Below, piece by piece: positions 8,544-17,486 of a DNA stretch of 64,000 nucleotides. The DNA comes from Gammaproteobacteria bacterium (GTDB lineage Bacteria > Pseudomonadota > Gammaproteobacteria > UBA4575): contig CBDEUS010000001.1 of NCBI GenBank assembly GCA_965243395.1, positions 704,001-768,000 of the forward strand, given 5' to 3'. The position numbers and the translations under genes were made by a program. Position 1 is the stretch's first letter. Each line of letters opens with the position of its first letter. The notes under the pieces are model-generated. The model searched no databases and was not told where the DNA came from. It was given only the letters and a program-made list of their open reading frames with translations.

Positions 8544-9776
8544 ATGAGCTTTTTCGAAATCGTATCAATGTTGCTGTGTTTTGCAGCTGTCTTCGCATAT
8601 ATCAATTACAAATACATAAAATTGCCTACCACAATTGGCATTATGTTATTAAGTTTAATGTTCTCATTAGTACTCGTTTTATTTGGAGAGCTTGGGTTTT
8701 CGTTAGAAGATCAAGCAACCAGAATTGTAGGAAGTATTGATTTTAACGAAGCTTTACTACATGGAATGTTAAGTTTTCTACTTTTTGCTGGCGCATTACA
8801 TGTAAATCTGAATGATTTGCGCGAACAAAAGTGGGTAATTGGAACATTAGCCACAGTTGGTGTGATTTGCTCTACATTCATCATAGGGACTGTGATGTTT
8901 TATGTATTGCAGTGGTTAGACATCCATGTTGCATATATTTATTGCTTAGTGTTTGGTGCGTTGATTTCTCCAACAGACCCAATTGCTGTAATGGGAATTT
9001 TAAAAATAGCTGGGGCACCTAAGACATTGGAAACAAAGATTGCTGGCGAATCATTGTTTAATGACGGTGTTGGTGTGGTTGTGTTTTTAGTTCTACTTGG
9101 TATTGCAACCGGTGGAGATGAAATTACGACAACGCAAGTTATCAAGCTGTTTTCTGTAGAAGCCTTAGGCGGTGTTACATTTGGTCTAGGTTTAGGATTT
9201 CTTGGCTTCTTCATGCTACGAGGCGTAGATAACTACCAAGTTGAAGCTTTAATTACCTTAGCATTGGTTTCCGGTGGGTATGCATTTGCTGAGTACTTAC
9301 ATATTTCGGCACCGATAGCGATCGTAGTTGCAGGGTTGTTTATAGGTAATCAAGGGCGAATGTTAGCAATGTCAGATAAGACGCGGAAACGATTGGATGA
9401 TTTCTGGGAACTCATTGATGAAATTCTCAATGCAGTATTGTTTTTGTTAATTGGTTTGGAATTGTTAATTCTTACCTTTACCAATCAATTCATGATTGCG
9501 GGATTGATAGCAATTCCGGTTGTTTTGTTAGCACGATTTGCATGTGTGGGCACCCCAATTCACATAATGAGGAAGTTTAGAACGTTCTCGCCTTATGCGG
9601 CGACTATTCTTACCTGGGGTGGTTTACGTGGCGGTATTTCAGTTGCATTAGCACTTTCTATACCTCCTGGCCCAGCCAGAGAGCCCTTACTTGTAATTAC
9701 ATATTTCGTTGTCGTATTTTCAATACTTGTTCAGGGTTTAACAGTCAAAAAAGTTTTGGCTCTTTCGCAAAAATAA
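8544..9776 (+). CDS. CPA1-family Na+(K+)/H+ antiporter (NhaP-like)
   Basis: Multi-TM protein with FGALISPTDPIAV, GESLFNDG and WGGLRGGISVALAL motifs. Confidence 0.92.
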   Translation: MSFFEIVSMLLCFAAVFAYINYKYIKLPTTIGIMLLSLMFSLVLVLFGELGFSLEDQATRIVGSIDFNEALLHGMLSFLLFAGALHVNLNDLREQKWVIGTLATVGVICSTFIIGTVMFYVLQWLDIHVAYIYCLVFGALISPTDPIAVMGILKIAGAPKTLETKIAGESLFNDGVGVVVFLVLLGIATGGDEITTTQVIKLFSVEALGGVTFGLGLGFLGFFMLRGVDNYQVEALITLALVSGGYAFAEYLHISAPIAIVVAGLFIGNQGRMLAMSDKTRKRLDDFWELIDEILNAVLFLLIGLELLILTFTNQFMIAGLIAIPVVLLARFACVGTPIHIMRKFRTFSPYAATILTWGGLRGGISVALALSIPPGPAREPLLVITYFVVVFSILVQGLTVKKVLALSQK

Positions 9777-9840
9777 TTGCTCTGCGTGTGCAATTTCTAG
9801 CAAACTGTTGCTCAATCCTCAAGAAGGCCGATCAATTGTA

Positions 9841-10680
9841 ATGGAACTTCAAAAAGAGCTGATCCGCTTATATCTGCATACCTGTGAGTTAGATGTTCAA
9901 TCATTGAAACCAGGCAATGTGAGTGTCTATTCATCTGTAAAAGATTTGTCAGTTGATGATTTTTTGAACAGTGCACAAGCCAGTGCTAAAGAAATTACTG
10001 CTGTAGATGTTCCACTAGGAGTTCGAATCTTGAGGGCAGTAGAGGCTACTCAAAGTGCAGTAGGGACAAACACCAATCTAGGTATGATTTTACTGATTGC
10101 TCCGCTCATCCAAGCCCGTTATATATCTAAAGATGGCTCAAAGATTAGAATGAATCTAGGGTCAGTTTTAAAACAGACTTCCATCCAAGATGCGCGTGAC
10201 GTTTATCAAGCCATTCGCATGGCAAACCCAGGAGGAATGGGCGAAAAAACCAATCAAGATATTTCTGAGGAACCTAATGTAACCCTCTTAAATACAATGA
10301 AAATTGCGGCAGATTGGGATCAAATTGCTGCACAATATTCGAACAATTTTGAAGCAATATTTTGCTTTGGAGTACCGCAATTTAAAACGCTAAATATGCG
10401 CTGGCAAGATGAAAAATGGGCTACAAGTGGTGTATTTTTGTCGTTTTTAGCCCAATACCCTGACAGTTTAATTGAACGTAAGTTTGGACAGTTAAAAGCT
10501 AGAGAAATTAGTGATATGATCTCCGAACTTGAGATGGAGCTCTGCCGATCGGACTTACCGGGTAGGTACGAGGCACAATTATTAGAAATTGACAGCCAGC
10601 TCAAGCGTGACCTAATCAACCCGGGAACCACTGCGGATCTCACTGCAGCTAGCATTTTTGCAGCTGGCTTGTGTAATTGA
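9841..10680 (+). CDS. CitG-family triphosphoribosyl-dephospho-CoA synthase-like protein Orf7
   Basis: ELDV...KPGNV, NTNLGMILL, DSLIERKFG and NPGTTADL motifs; ATG 9841 preferred over TTG 9808. Confidence 0.88.
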   Translation: MELQKELIRLYLHTCELDVQSLKPGNVSVYSSVKDLSVDDFLNSAQASAKEITAVDVPLGVRILRAVEATQSAVGTNTNLGMILLIAPLIQARYISKDGSKIRMNLGSVLKQTSIQDARDVYQAIRMANPGGMGEKTNQDISEEPNVTLLNTMKIAADWDQIAAQYSNNFEAIFCFGVPQFKTLNMRWQDEKWATSGVFLSFLAQYPDSLIERKFGQLKAREISDMISELEMELCRSDLPGRYEAQLLEIDSQLKRDLINPGTTADLTAASIFAAGLCN

Positions 10681-10692
10681 CGCTTGTTAATT

Positions 10693-10790
10693 ACTACAAG
10701 ACAGAGGTAAAACAGCAGTAGGTCCCAGACAATAGTCTGCGGTTTTCCAAGGTGGATTTGCAAGCGGGCATGCAATGCTTAGCTTGTAGT
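10693..10790 (+). ncRNA. Candidate structured cis-regulatory RNA (riboswitch-like) in the fae leader
   Basis: Closing helix ACUACAAG/CUUGUAGU encloses helices GUAGGUCC/GGAUUUGC, CAGAC-AAUA-GUCUG and GGGCAU-GCA-AUGCUU; folded by hand only. Confidence 0.55.
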
Positions 10791-10829
10791 TTGTCGACAA
10801 ATTAGAAATATAATTTTAGGAGAATAATA

Positions 10830-11357
10830 ATGGCATTAATTAATAAAGTAATGGTCGGGGAGTCGCTCGTTAATGATAACGATCCTTCCGGCACTATGGC
10901 TGAAATTGCGCATATCGACTTATTGGTCGGTCCTCGCGGTTCTGCTGTTGAAACTGCTTTTTGTAATGGCTTGGTGAATAACAAGGATGGCTTCTCTACA
11001 TTATTGGCCGTAATTGCACCAAATCTACCTTGTAAGCCAAATACTATGATGTTCAACAAAGTAACTATTAAAGGTGCAGAGCAAGCGGTTCAAATGTTTG
11101 GCCCAGCTCAAGCTGCAGTTGCTAAAGCGGTAGCAGATAGTGTTGAAGACGGTACTATTCCTGCTGATGAAGCGGATGATGTATTTGTTTGCGTTGGTGT
11201 TTTCATTCACTGGGAAGCTAAGAGCAACGAAGCGATTTATGAAAACAACTACAAGGCAACTAAAGAAGCACTAGAGCGTGCCGTTAAGGACGAGCCAAAA
11301 GCTTCTACAGTTGTTGCACAAAAAGATAGCGCGGAGCACCCATTCAAAGGCTTCTAA
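10830..11357 (+). CDS. fae: Formaldehyde-activating enzyme
   Basis: [35 protein letters not shown] and VGVFIHWEA motifs; SD AGGAG. Confidence 0.96.
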   Translation: MALINKVMVGESLVNDNDPSGTMAEIAHIDLLVGPRGSAVETAFCNGLVNNKDGFSTLLAVIAPNLPCKPNTMMFNKVTIKGAEQAVQMFGPAQAAVAKAVADSVEDGTIPADEADDVFVCVGVFIHWEAKSNEAIYENNYKATKEALERAVKDEPKASTVVAQKDSAEHPFKGF

Positions 11358-11380
11358 GCAACTTTTTATTGCTAAATATA

Positions 11381-11413
11381 AAAATGCCCCGACTATGTTC
11401 GGGGCATTTTTTT
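11381..11413 (+). terminator. Intrinsic terminator after fae
   Basis: AAAATGCCCCGA-ctatgt-TCGGGGCATTTTTTT. Confidence 0.88.
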
Positions 11414-11459
11414 GCCTGGGACTTTTGTTGAGTTTAATATGATGGTCAAAACTTAGTCT

Positions 11460-11468
11460 TGATATAAT
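11460..11468 (+). promoter_or_regulatory. Extended -10 promoter element, probably giving a leaderless transcript
   Basis: TG-A-TATAAT ends 6 nt before ATG 11475; no SD sequence. Confidence 0.55.
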
Positions 11469-11474
11469 ACGAAT

Positions 11475-12695
11475 ATGCGATGTAAAGAGTGTAATAAAGA
11501 TATAGGTAGCTATATAAGCAATGAGCATTTATACGCTTGTTGTGGGTTAACTTTACAAGAATATGCATTACGCCATCATCAACCGTTGGATTTGTTGCTG
11601 AATACAGATCAAATTAACTTGCAAGATAATGTTTCAAATTATGAAAAACAGAACAGGCCCGCTAGCCAACAAGCGCAGAATCTGCTTAATGGTTTGTATA
11701 TGGCTAATGCCCTCCAGCAAGAGGGAGATTTTACATTTGTCACGCTGGGAATACGCAGATTAGAACAACTATTGTGGTACCAGAATATTTTGCAGTCTAT
11801 TGGATTTCAGTTTAAGCAAGAGTATTTTTATGCAAATGATAGTCACCGAGTGATTGCCAGAAATGCACTTAAAATTCCTACTGCTTTTTTACCACCTAGA
11901 ATAGTAAACCACTCGGATGATTCATTGTTACAGCAGCTTGCCGTATTGATTGCGCATATCGGTGAACTGCATGCCGGTTATTTATTTATAGATTTTCCTC
12001 AACAACAGAATGCTGAACAAATAGCTGCTAAATTGGCAAATAATCATCAAATCCGTATAAAACCGCTGATGGCTACGGAACATTTTGACGGACAATTAAT
12101 GAGATGCGAAACATTAGAAGATACTTCGCGTCTGCTTACATTGTTAACTGAATATTTAGAAGATATTCCTAATGCGCGAGAGAGATTTTTTGAAAAACAT
12201 GAAGAGGCGCTTGTAGCTAAAGAATTAGTATTTGATTCTGCTCATTTCATCACCGACCACCCTGATAAATGTGCAAATCTCCATGGCGGAAGGTATGCCA
12301 TGAATGTAAAAGTTAAAGATCAAATTGACCCATTAACTGGGTTTGTATTGGATTATGGTTATTTAAAACGTATAGCCAAAGAAAAAATTGTAAATCAGCT
12401 TGATCACCATAACCTTAATTATGTATCAGCTGAATTATCTTGGCGTTCAAGCACGGAATTGTTAAGTATTTTTATTTGGGAAAAACTGATCGAATATTTG
12501 CCGGGTTTAACGGAATTACAGATTTATGAGACTAGTCAATCACATTGTTGTTTCAAAGGCCCTAGTTTGGATGAGCTGCAGAAGAAAGGGAGTAGCGTGT
12601 TATTGAATCATTTTAGTTCTGACGAATTAGGGAAATCTCAACTGCGAAATTTGCTGGATCAGAACATACAGCGTAAATTTAAAGTGATTGGCTGA
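11475..12695 (+). CDS. Zinc-finger / degenerate LAGLIDADG-like / QueD-PTPS (T-fold) fusion protein
   Basis: The C-terminal ~160 aa carry PTPS motifs (FDSAH, CANLHGG, GFVLDY, LDHHNLN, STELLS, IYET); the N-terminus has CxxC...H...CC-GLTLQEY. Confidence 0.75.
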   Translation: MRCKECNKDIGSYISNEHLYACCGLTLQEYALRHHQPLDLLLNTDQINLQDNVSNYEKQNRPASQQAQNLLNGLYMANALQQEGDFTFVTLGIRRLEQLLWYQNILQSIGFQFKQEYFYANDSHRVIARNALKIPTAFLPPRIVNHSDDSLLQQLAVLIAHIGELHAGYLFIDFPQQQNAEQIAAKLANNHQIRIKPLMATEHFDGQLMRCETLEDTSRLLTLLTEYLEDIPNARERFFEKHEEALVAKELVFDSAHFITDHPDKCANLHGGRYAMNVKVKDQIDPLTGFVLDYGYLKRIAKEKIVNQLDHHNLNYVSAELSWRSSTELLSIFIWEKLIEYLPGLTELQIYETSQSHCCFKGPSLDELQKKGSSVLLNHFSSDELGKSQLRNLLDQNIQRKFKVIG

Positions 12696-13392
12696 GGACT
12701 TTGATTTCATTTTGTGAAATCATTTGTGTATGTAAGGCCGTTGAGATTAAAGTCCCTGCAAAGCCTTTTTCACTAAGATTTTGAATATCATCTAAGTTTC
12801 TAATTCCACCACCATAATAAAGATGAAAATCGCTAATTAAATGATGTGATTTTATTTCTTCGGGGTAATTAACTCCTTGTTTAGTTCCGACAGAGTTTAA
12901 GTTTAATATGATTACATCTTTCGGCCACTGATTTTTGTGTTCGAATAAATCATTAGTACCAAGAAAATCATTATTTTTATAATCTAGAGATAAAATAAAA
13001 CGATGCTCAGAATACTTGTTCATTAAATCAGTAAATATAGATACCGAGTTAATTGTTTCTGAGGATAGAATGAAGCGTAAGTTAATCTCTATTGCTTGTT
13101 TTAAGTAGTGCCCAGCTGATGATAAACCGCAATCTAACCATATTTCTGTATTAGGATATTTATTGCATAATGTTTTGATTATTTCATAGTTGTCACCTTG
13201 ACATTCTAGTGCATCAAGATCAGCTATATATACTGTTTTGAAATTAAATACACTTAAAAACCCATCTATTACGTCAGATGGATTTGCTGAAGAACAAATC
13301 TTGGAGTCAATTGCTTTATAATTTTCCCTATCTCCAGCAATAGCTTGAACGACTAGGCCATTATAGAGGTCTATCACTGGAATTATCTGCAT
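12679..13392 (-). CDS. HisA/HisF-like TIM-barrel protein Orf17 of H4MPT/methylofuran clusters
   Basis: IIPVIDLYNGLVVQA..GDRENY, YIADLDAL, IWLDCG and YYGGGIRNLDDI motifs; ATG 13392 (TTG 13395 alternative). Confidence 0.88.
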   Translation of the reverse strand: MQIIPVIDLYNGLVVQAIAGDRENYKAIDSKICSSANPSDVIDGFLSVFNFKTVYIADLDALECQGDNYEIIKTLCNKYPNTEIWLDCGLSSAGHYLKQAIEINLRFILSSETINSVSIFTDLMNKYSEHRFILSLDYKNNDFLGTNDLFEHKNQWPKDVIILNLNSVGTKQGVNYPEEIKSHHLISDFHLYYGGGIRNLDDIQNLSEKGFAGTLISTALHTQMISQNEIKVLSQSL

Positions 13393-13402
13393 CAATTACA
13401 TA

Positions 13403-14398
13403 ATGAATATTTTAATTTTTGAGTATATCACTGGCGGGGGTTTGGTCGAGCAAGATTTGCCGAGCTCTCTTGTAAACGAAGGTGAGTTGATGTTGACTGC
13501 ATCGGCAAATGATTTTAATGAGATTACAGATGTTCAAGTTAGCGTTCTACGGGACTATCGCCTTCAGAATATAGAATATGAATTTGAACAGTACATAGTA
13601 AGCCCAGAGCAAAATTATTCTCAAATCATTAGCAAAATAGAAGACTCAATAGACGCATTGCTTATTATTGCCCCAGAATCAAATAATACTTTAACGAGCT
13701 TATGTGAAAAGTATTCTGAATACGATTTTATATTGCTTAATTCTTCTACTCAAAGTGTTGCATTAACGAGCAACAAATTTGCAAGCAATAATTATTTAAA
13801 ATCTTTTGGAATACCACAAATACCTACTTACGAATTAAAAGATATTTTTTGTATTCAAACAGACAGATTGGTTATAAAACCAAAAGACGGGGTAGGTTGT
13901 GAAGGTATACGTTTACTTAATTCATATGATGATGTTGAAAATATCATCTCTTCTGATGAACAAGAGAAATATATAGCACAACCTTATCTTGAAGGAGAAA
14001 GTCTAAGTTTAAGTTTGGTATGTTGCCAAGGAGAATGTGTGCTGCTTAGCGTGAATAAACAAATTATTATTGAAGATAATAATAGTCTAGGGCTCAAGCG
14101 ATGTCTGGTTAATGCTAAAGACCGTGATTCATTCATAGAATTTAGTCAAAACCTAGTTTCCAAATTATCGGGATTAAAAGGTTATATTGGTATAGATGTG
14201 TTAATTGTTGAAAATAAAACCTTCTTAATTGAAATAAATCCGAGATTAACGACTTCTTATGTAGGTTTAAAATCCGCATTAAATATCAACCCTGCTGAAC
14301 ATATTCTTCATACTTTTATGCATAATGAACTACTCAGTGTTAATAACCCTGCTGATAATCTTGTAACGGTAGAGATGGGTAAGCTGTATGCCGCCTGA
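13403..14398 (+). CDS. ATP-grasp ligase Orf1 (MfnD tyramine-glutamate ligase-like)
   Basis: ILIFEYITGGG, EGELML, IIAPES, KPKDGVGC and EINPRLTTSYVGL motifs. Confidence 0.88.
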   Translation: MNILIFEYITGGGLVEQDLPSSLVNEGELMLTASANDFNEITDVQVSVLRDYRLQNIEYEFEQYIVSPEQNYSQIISKIEDSIDALLIIAPESNNTLTSLCEKYSEYDFILLNSSTQSVALTSNKFASNNYLKSFGIPQIPTYELKDIFCIQTDRLVIKPKDGVGCEGIRLLNSYDDVENIISSDEQEKYIAQPYLEGESLSLSLVCCQGECVLLSVNKQIIIEDNNSLGLKRCLVNAKDRDSFIEFSQNLVSKLSGLKGYIGIDVLIVENKTFLIEINPRLTTSYVGLKSALNINPAEHILHTFMHNELLSVNNPADNLVTVEMGKLYAA

Positions 14399-15440
14399 TT
14401 TGTTGCAAAGCGTAGTAGGTTGGGATGTTGGCGGCGCTCATGTAAAAGTTGCCAATATGCAAGGCGACACCATCTCTAATGTTTTTCAGCTATCTTGTCC
14501 ATTATGGAAAGGTTTGCAAGAGTTGACTCACTGTATTGAAAATGTGCAAAAAAATTTAGATGTATCCCATAGCAAACATGCAATTACAATGACGGGTGAA
14601 TTGGTAGATCACTTCGAAAATCGTAAGCAAGGTGTGGTATGTATCGTTGATGAGATGAATAAAAAACTCTCTGCCGATAGAACTTATTTTTTTGCTGGTG
14701 AAATGGGTTTTTTAGATAGCTCAAGTGCAATTAAAGAATTTGAAAAAGTTGCTTCAGCGAATTGGCTGGCTAGTGCACAGTATGTAGCGAACAAAATATC
14801 AAATGCATTGTTTATAGATATTGGTAGCACGACTACAGATGTCATAACAATAGAAAATAATAAGGTTACTAGCGAAGGCTATACGGATGCCCAAAGATTA
14901 GTAGCTAAGGAGCTTGTTTATTGTGGAGTGGTTAGAACACCAATCTTTGCAATTTGTAATAGTGCATTGATTAAAAACCAAAATACACCGGTTATAAATG
15001 AATATTTTTCTAGTATGGCAGATATATATCGTATAACTGAAGAGCTGCCTACGCATGCGGATATAGGTGAAACACTGGATGGACGCGCCAAAGACATTAT
15101 GGCAAGTACTAAGCGTCTGGCACGTATGTTTGCACACGATGCCCACTCTTCTGAACTTGACATCTGGCATGCTGTCGCAATGCAAATACGAACAATGCAA
15201 ATTCAAATGATTAAAGATGCGTGTAGACATCAGCTCATGAAAAAATCGATACCATTATCAACCCCGATAGTGGGAGCAGGTGTGGGTCGTTTTTTAGCAA
15301 AAACACTTGCCGCTGAACTCGGGCGCGAATATATTGATTTCGAGAACCTATTTAGTATTGCTAATGTTGTAAACGATTTTAGTATTAGTGATTGTGCGCC
15401 TGCAGCAGCAGTAGCTTGTCTTGCAGGTAGTCAAGTATAG
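14388..15440 (+). CDS. Hydantoinase/oxoprolinase-family protein Orf9 (MfnF-like)
   Basis: GWDVGGAHVK, TMTGELVDHF, ASANW, DIGSTTTD and ELVY.GVVRTP motifs. Confidence 0.88.
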   Translation: MPPDLLQSVVGWDVGGAHVKVANMQGDTISNVFQLSCPLWKGLQELTHCIENVQKNLDVSHSKHAITMTGELVDHFENRKQGVVCIVDEMNKKLSADRTYFFAGEMGFLDSSSAIKEFEKVASANWLASAQYVANKISNALFIDIGSTTTDVITIENNKVTSEGYTDAQRLVAKELVYCGVVRTPIFAICNSALIKNQNTPVINEYFSSMADIYRITEELPTHADIGETLDGRAKDIMASTKRLARMFAHDAHSSELDIWHAVAMQIRTMQIQMIKDACRHQLMKKSIPLSTPIVGAGVGRFLAKTLAAELGREYIDFENLFSIANVVNDFSISDCAPAAAVACLAGSQV

Positions 15441-15449
15441 TCGTATTTT

Positions 15450-16853
15450 ATGAGCGATTATTTGTTCGAAGAGCTACCTTATCAGCCTGACAGTAGCTTG
15501 TTATTTGAAAAGTTTGTTAATGAGCCATGGTCAGTTTTTCTTGATAGCAATCAGCCTGAAGCAGTCCATGGAAGATACGATATAATTTCTTCACGTCCAA
15601 AAGTACGTATCAGCTGTCACCAAAATGTTAGTCAGATAGATTCTTCTTCTGATTCTTTGACTGTTCCTGGAGATCCATTCTCTATACTAAAAGATTATCT
15701 TCCACTGAAAAAAAGTAAAAATCGAGAGTTATCAAACCTGCCTTTTATCGGGGGTGCGCTAGGTTATTTTAGTTATGATTTAGGTCGCTCTATAGAGAGC
15801 ATTCCTTCAATTGCACAAGATGATTTGTTGCTTGCTGATATGAAAGTAGGAATTTATTCTTGGGCAATTGTTGTTGATCATAATAAGAAAAAAACTGTTT
15901 TAGTAGGCGACAAGTCGGATTTACGTACACGTCGCGAGTGGAATGATTTAGTTCATTATGTCTCGGATAGTTCTTCCTTTATAAAAAATCAAAAAGAATT
16001 TAAAGTTCTAGCTGAAGTTGATTCAAATATGACCGAATCATATTATGCAGAAGCATTTGAAAAAATTAAAACATATATAAAAGAAGGAGATTGTTATCAG
16101 GTTAATCTAGCCCAGCGGTTTAATGCAGATGTGGAAGGTGAGCCTTGGTTAGCTTATAAAATGTTGAGAAATATAAATCCTTCACCTTTCAGTGCGTATT
16201 TAAATTATGCGGATTTTCAAATTCTCAGTAATTCACCCGAACGTTTTCTTTCTGTAAAAGATAGCATTGTTCAAACTAAGCCGATTAAAGGCACACGACC
16301 AAGATCCGATATAAAAGATAAAGATGATGCTTTATCGCATGAACTTGCTAGTAGTAAAAAAGACCAGGCAGAGAACGTTATGATTGTCGACTTATTACGC
16401 AATGATATAAGCAAAAATTGTGCGTTAGGATCAGTCAAAGTACCCAAATTATTTGATATTGAAAGTTTTCCTAATGTTCACCACATGGTTAGTACCATAA
16501 CTGGTAAATTAGATAAAAATCGTTGTGCGATTGATCTATTACGCGGCTGTTTCCCTGGTGGTTCTATAACAGGTGCGCCCAAGTTGCGTTCTATGGAAAT
16601 TATAGAAGAGTTAGAGCCCCATCGTCGTGGTATTTACTGTGGTGCAATAGGTTATATTAGTAATGATGGTAATATGGATACCAATATTGCAATTCGCACC
16701 ATATTGCATAAACAGCAGAAAATGTATTTTTATGCAGGTGGCGGCATAGTTTATGATTCAGAAATGAACTTGGAATATCAAGAAACTTTTGATAAAGCCG
16801 CTGCCATGTTACAAGTGCTTAATCAAGATAGACAGCATGCTCAAACTATCTAG
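15450..16853 (+). CDS. pabB: Aminodeoxychorismate synthase component I
   Basis: GDCYQVNLAQRF, SPERF, PIKGTRPR, ENVMIVDLLRND and FPGGSITGAPK motifs. Confidence 0.93.
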   Translation: MSDYLFEELPYQPDSSLLFEKFVNEPWSVFLDSNQPEAVHGRYDIISSRPKVRISCHQNVSQIDSSSDSLTVPGDPFSILKDYLPLKKSKNRELSNLPFIGGALGYFSYDLGRSIESIPSIAQDDLLLADMKVGIYSWAIVVDHNKKKTVLVGDKSDLRTRREWNDLVHYVSDSSSFIKNQKEFKVLAEVDSNMTESYYAEAFEKIKTYIKEGDCYQVNLAQRFNADVEGEPWLAYKMLRNINPSPFSAYLNYADFQILSNSPERFLSVKDSIVQTKPIKGTRPRSDIKDKDDALSHELASSKKDQAENVMIVDLLRNDISKNCALGSVKVPKLFDIESFPNVHHMVSTITGKLDKNRCAIDLLRGCFPGGSITGAPKLRSMEIIEELEPHRRGIYCGAIGYISNDGNMDTNIAIRTILHKQQKMYFYAGGGIVYDSEMNLEYQETFDKAAAMLQVLNQDRQHAQTI

Positions 16854-16861
16854 GCACAAAT

Positions 16862-17443
16862 ATGAATGCTTGGGCGATAAAAATTGGTGGCAGCTTGTAT
16901 GACAGCCAAGATCTTATAAAGTGGCTGCTTACAATTGATGAATATTCGGCTAGAAACATAGTAATTATCCCTGGAGGAGGGCCATTTGCCGATCAGGTGA
17001 GACAGGCAGATGAGATGCATCATTTAGACCAAATTCATGCTCACAACATGGCAGTAATGAGTATGCAACAGTATGGCACTTTATTAGCCTCTTTATGTCC
17101 AAACATGATTCTTGCAAATACGACAGATAAAATTCACATGGCTTGGCAAAATTCTAAAACTGCTATTTGGGAGCCTTACGAAATGTTGCGTGATGAATGT
17201 GAGCTTGATAGGACATGGGATATAACCTCAGATAGTCTCTCCGTTTGGCTAGCAAATAAATTAGAATTGAAAAATTTGTTGCTTATTAAGTCAAGTGATG
17301 ATGTCTTAAAAGTGAAAAGCATAGAAAGACTAAGCGACAAAAATTGTATAGACCCATATTTCTGTCAATATGTAAACCTATCGAATATCAATGTCCATGT
17401 TTTGCATAAATCCGAATCAAGCGAATTTAAAAACATGTTATAA
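16862..17443 (+). CDS. Amino-acid-kinase family protein Orf21 (MfnE-like)
   Basis: IKIGGSL, PGGGPFADQVR, AHNMAV and WDITSDSLS motifs. Confidence 0.85.
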   Translation: MNAWAIKIGGSLYDSQDLIKWLLTIDEYSARNIVIIPGGGPFADQVRQADEMHHLDQIHAHNMAVMSMQQYGTLLASLCPNMILANTTDKIHMAWQNSKTAIWEPYEMLRDECELDRTWDITSDSLSVWLANKLELKNLLLIKSSDDVLKVKSIERLSDKNCIDPYFCQYVNLSNINVHVLHKSESSEFKNML

Positions 17444-17486
17444 ATATCTAAGCAAATTATCCTTTAATTAATTTATAAATAAAAAT

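Noticed and set aside
10320-10775. 151-aa - strand ORF overlapping orf7 and the fae leader
   Set aside because: Antisense shadow of orf7 with no recognisable motifs or SD; the other short ORFs nested in well-supported genes were dismissed for the same reason.
11475-12200. Active homing endonuclease, intein or group I intron
   Set aside because: No intein splice residues in a host-protein context, no interrupted gene, and the putative catalytic acidic residues are absent.
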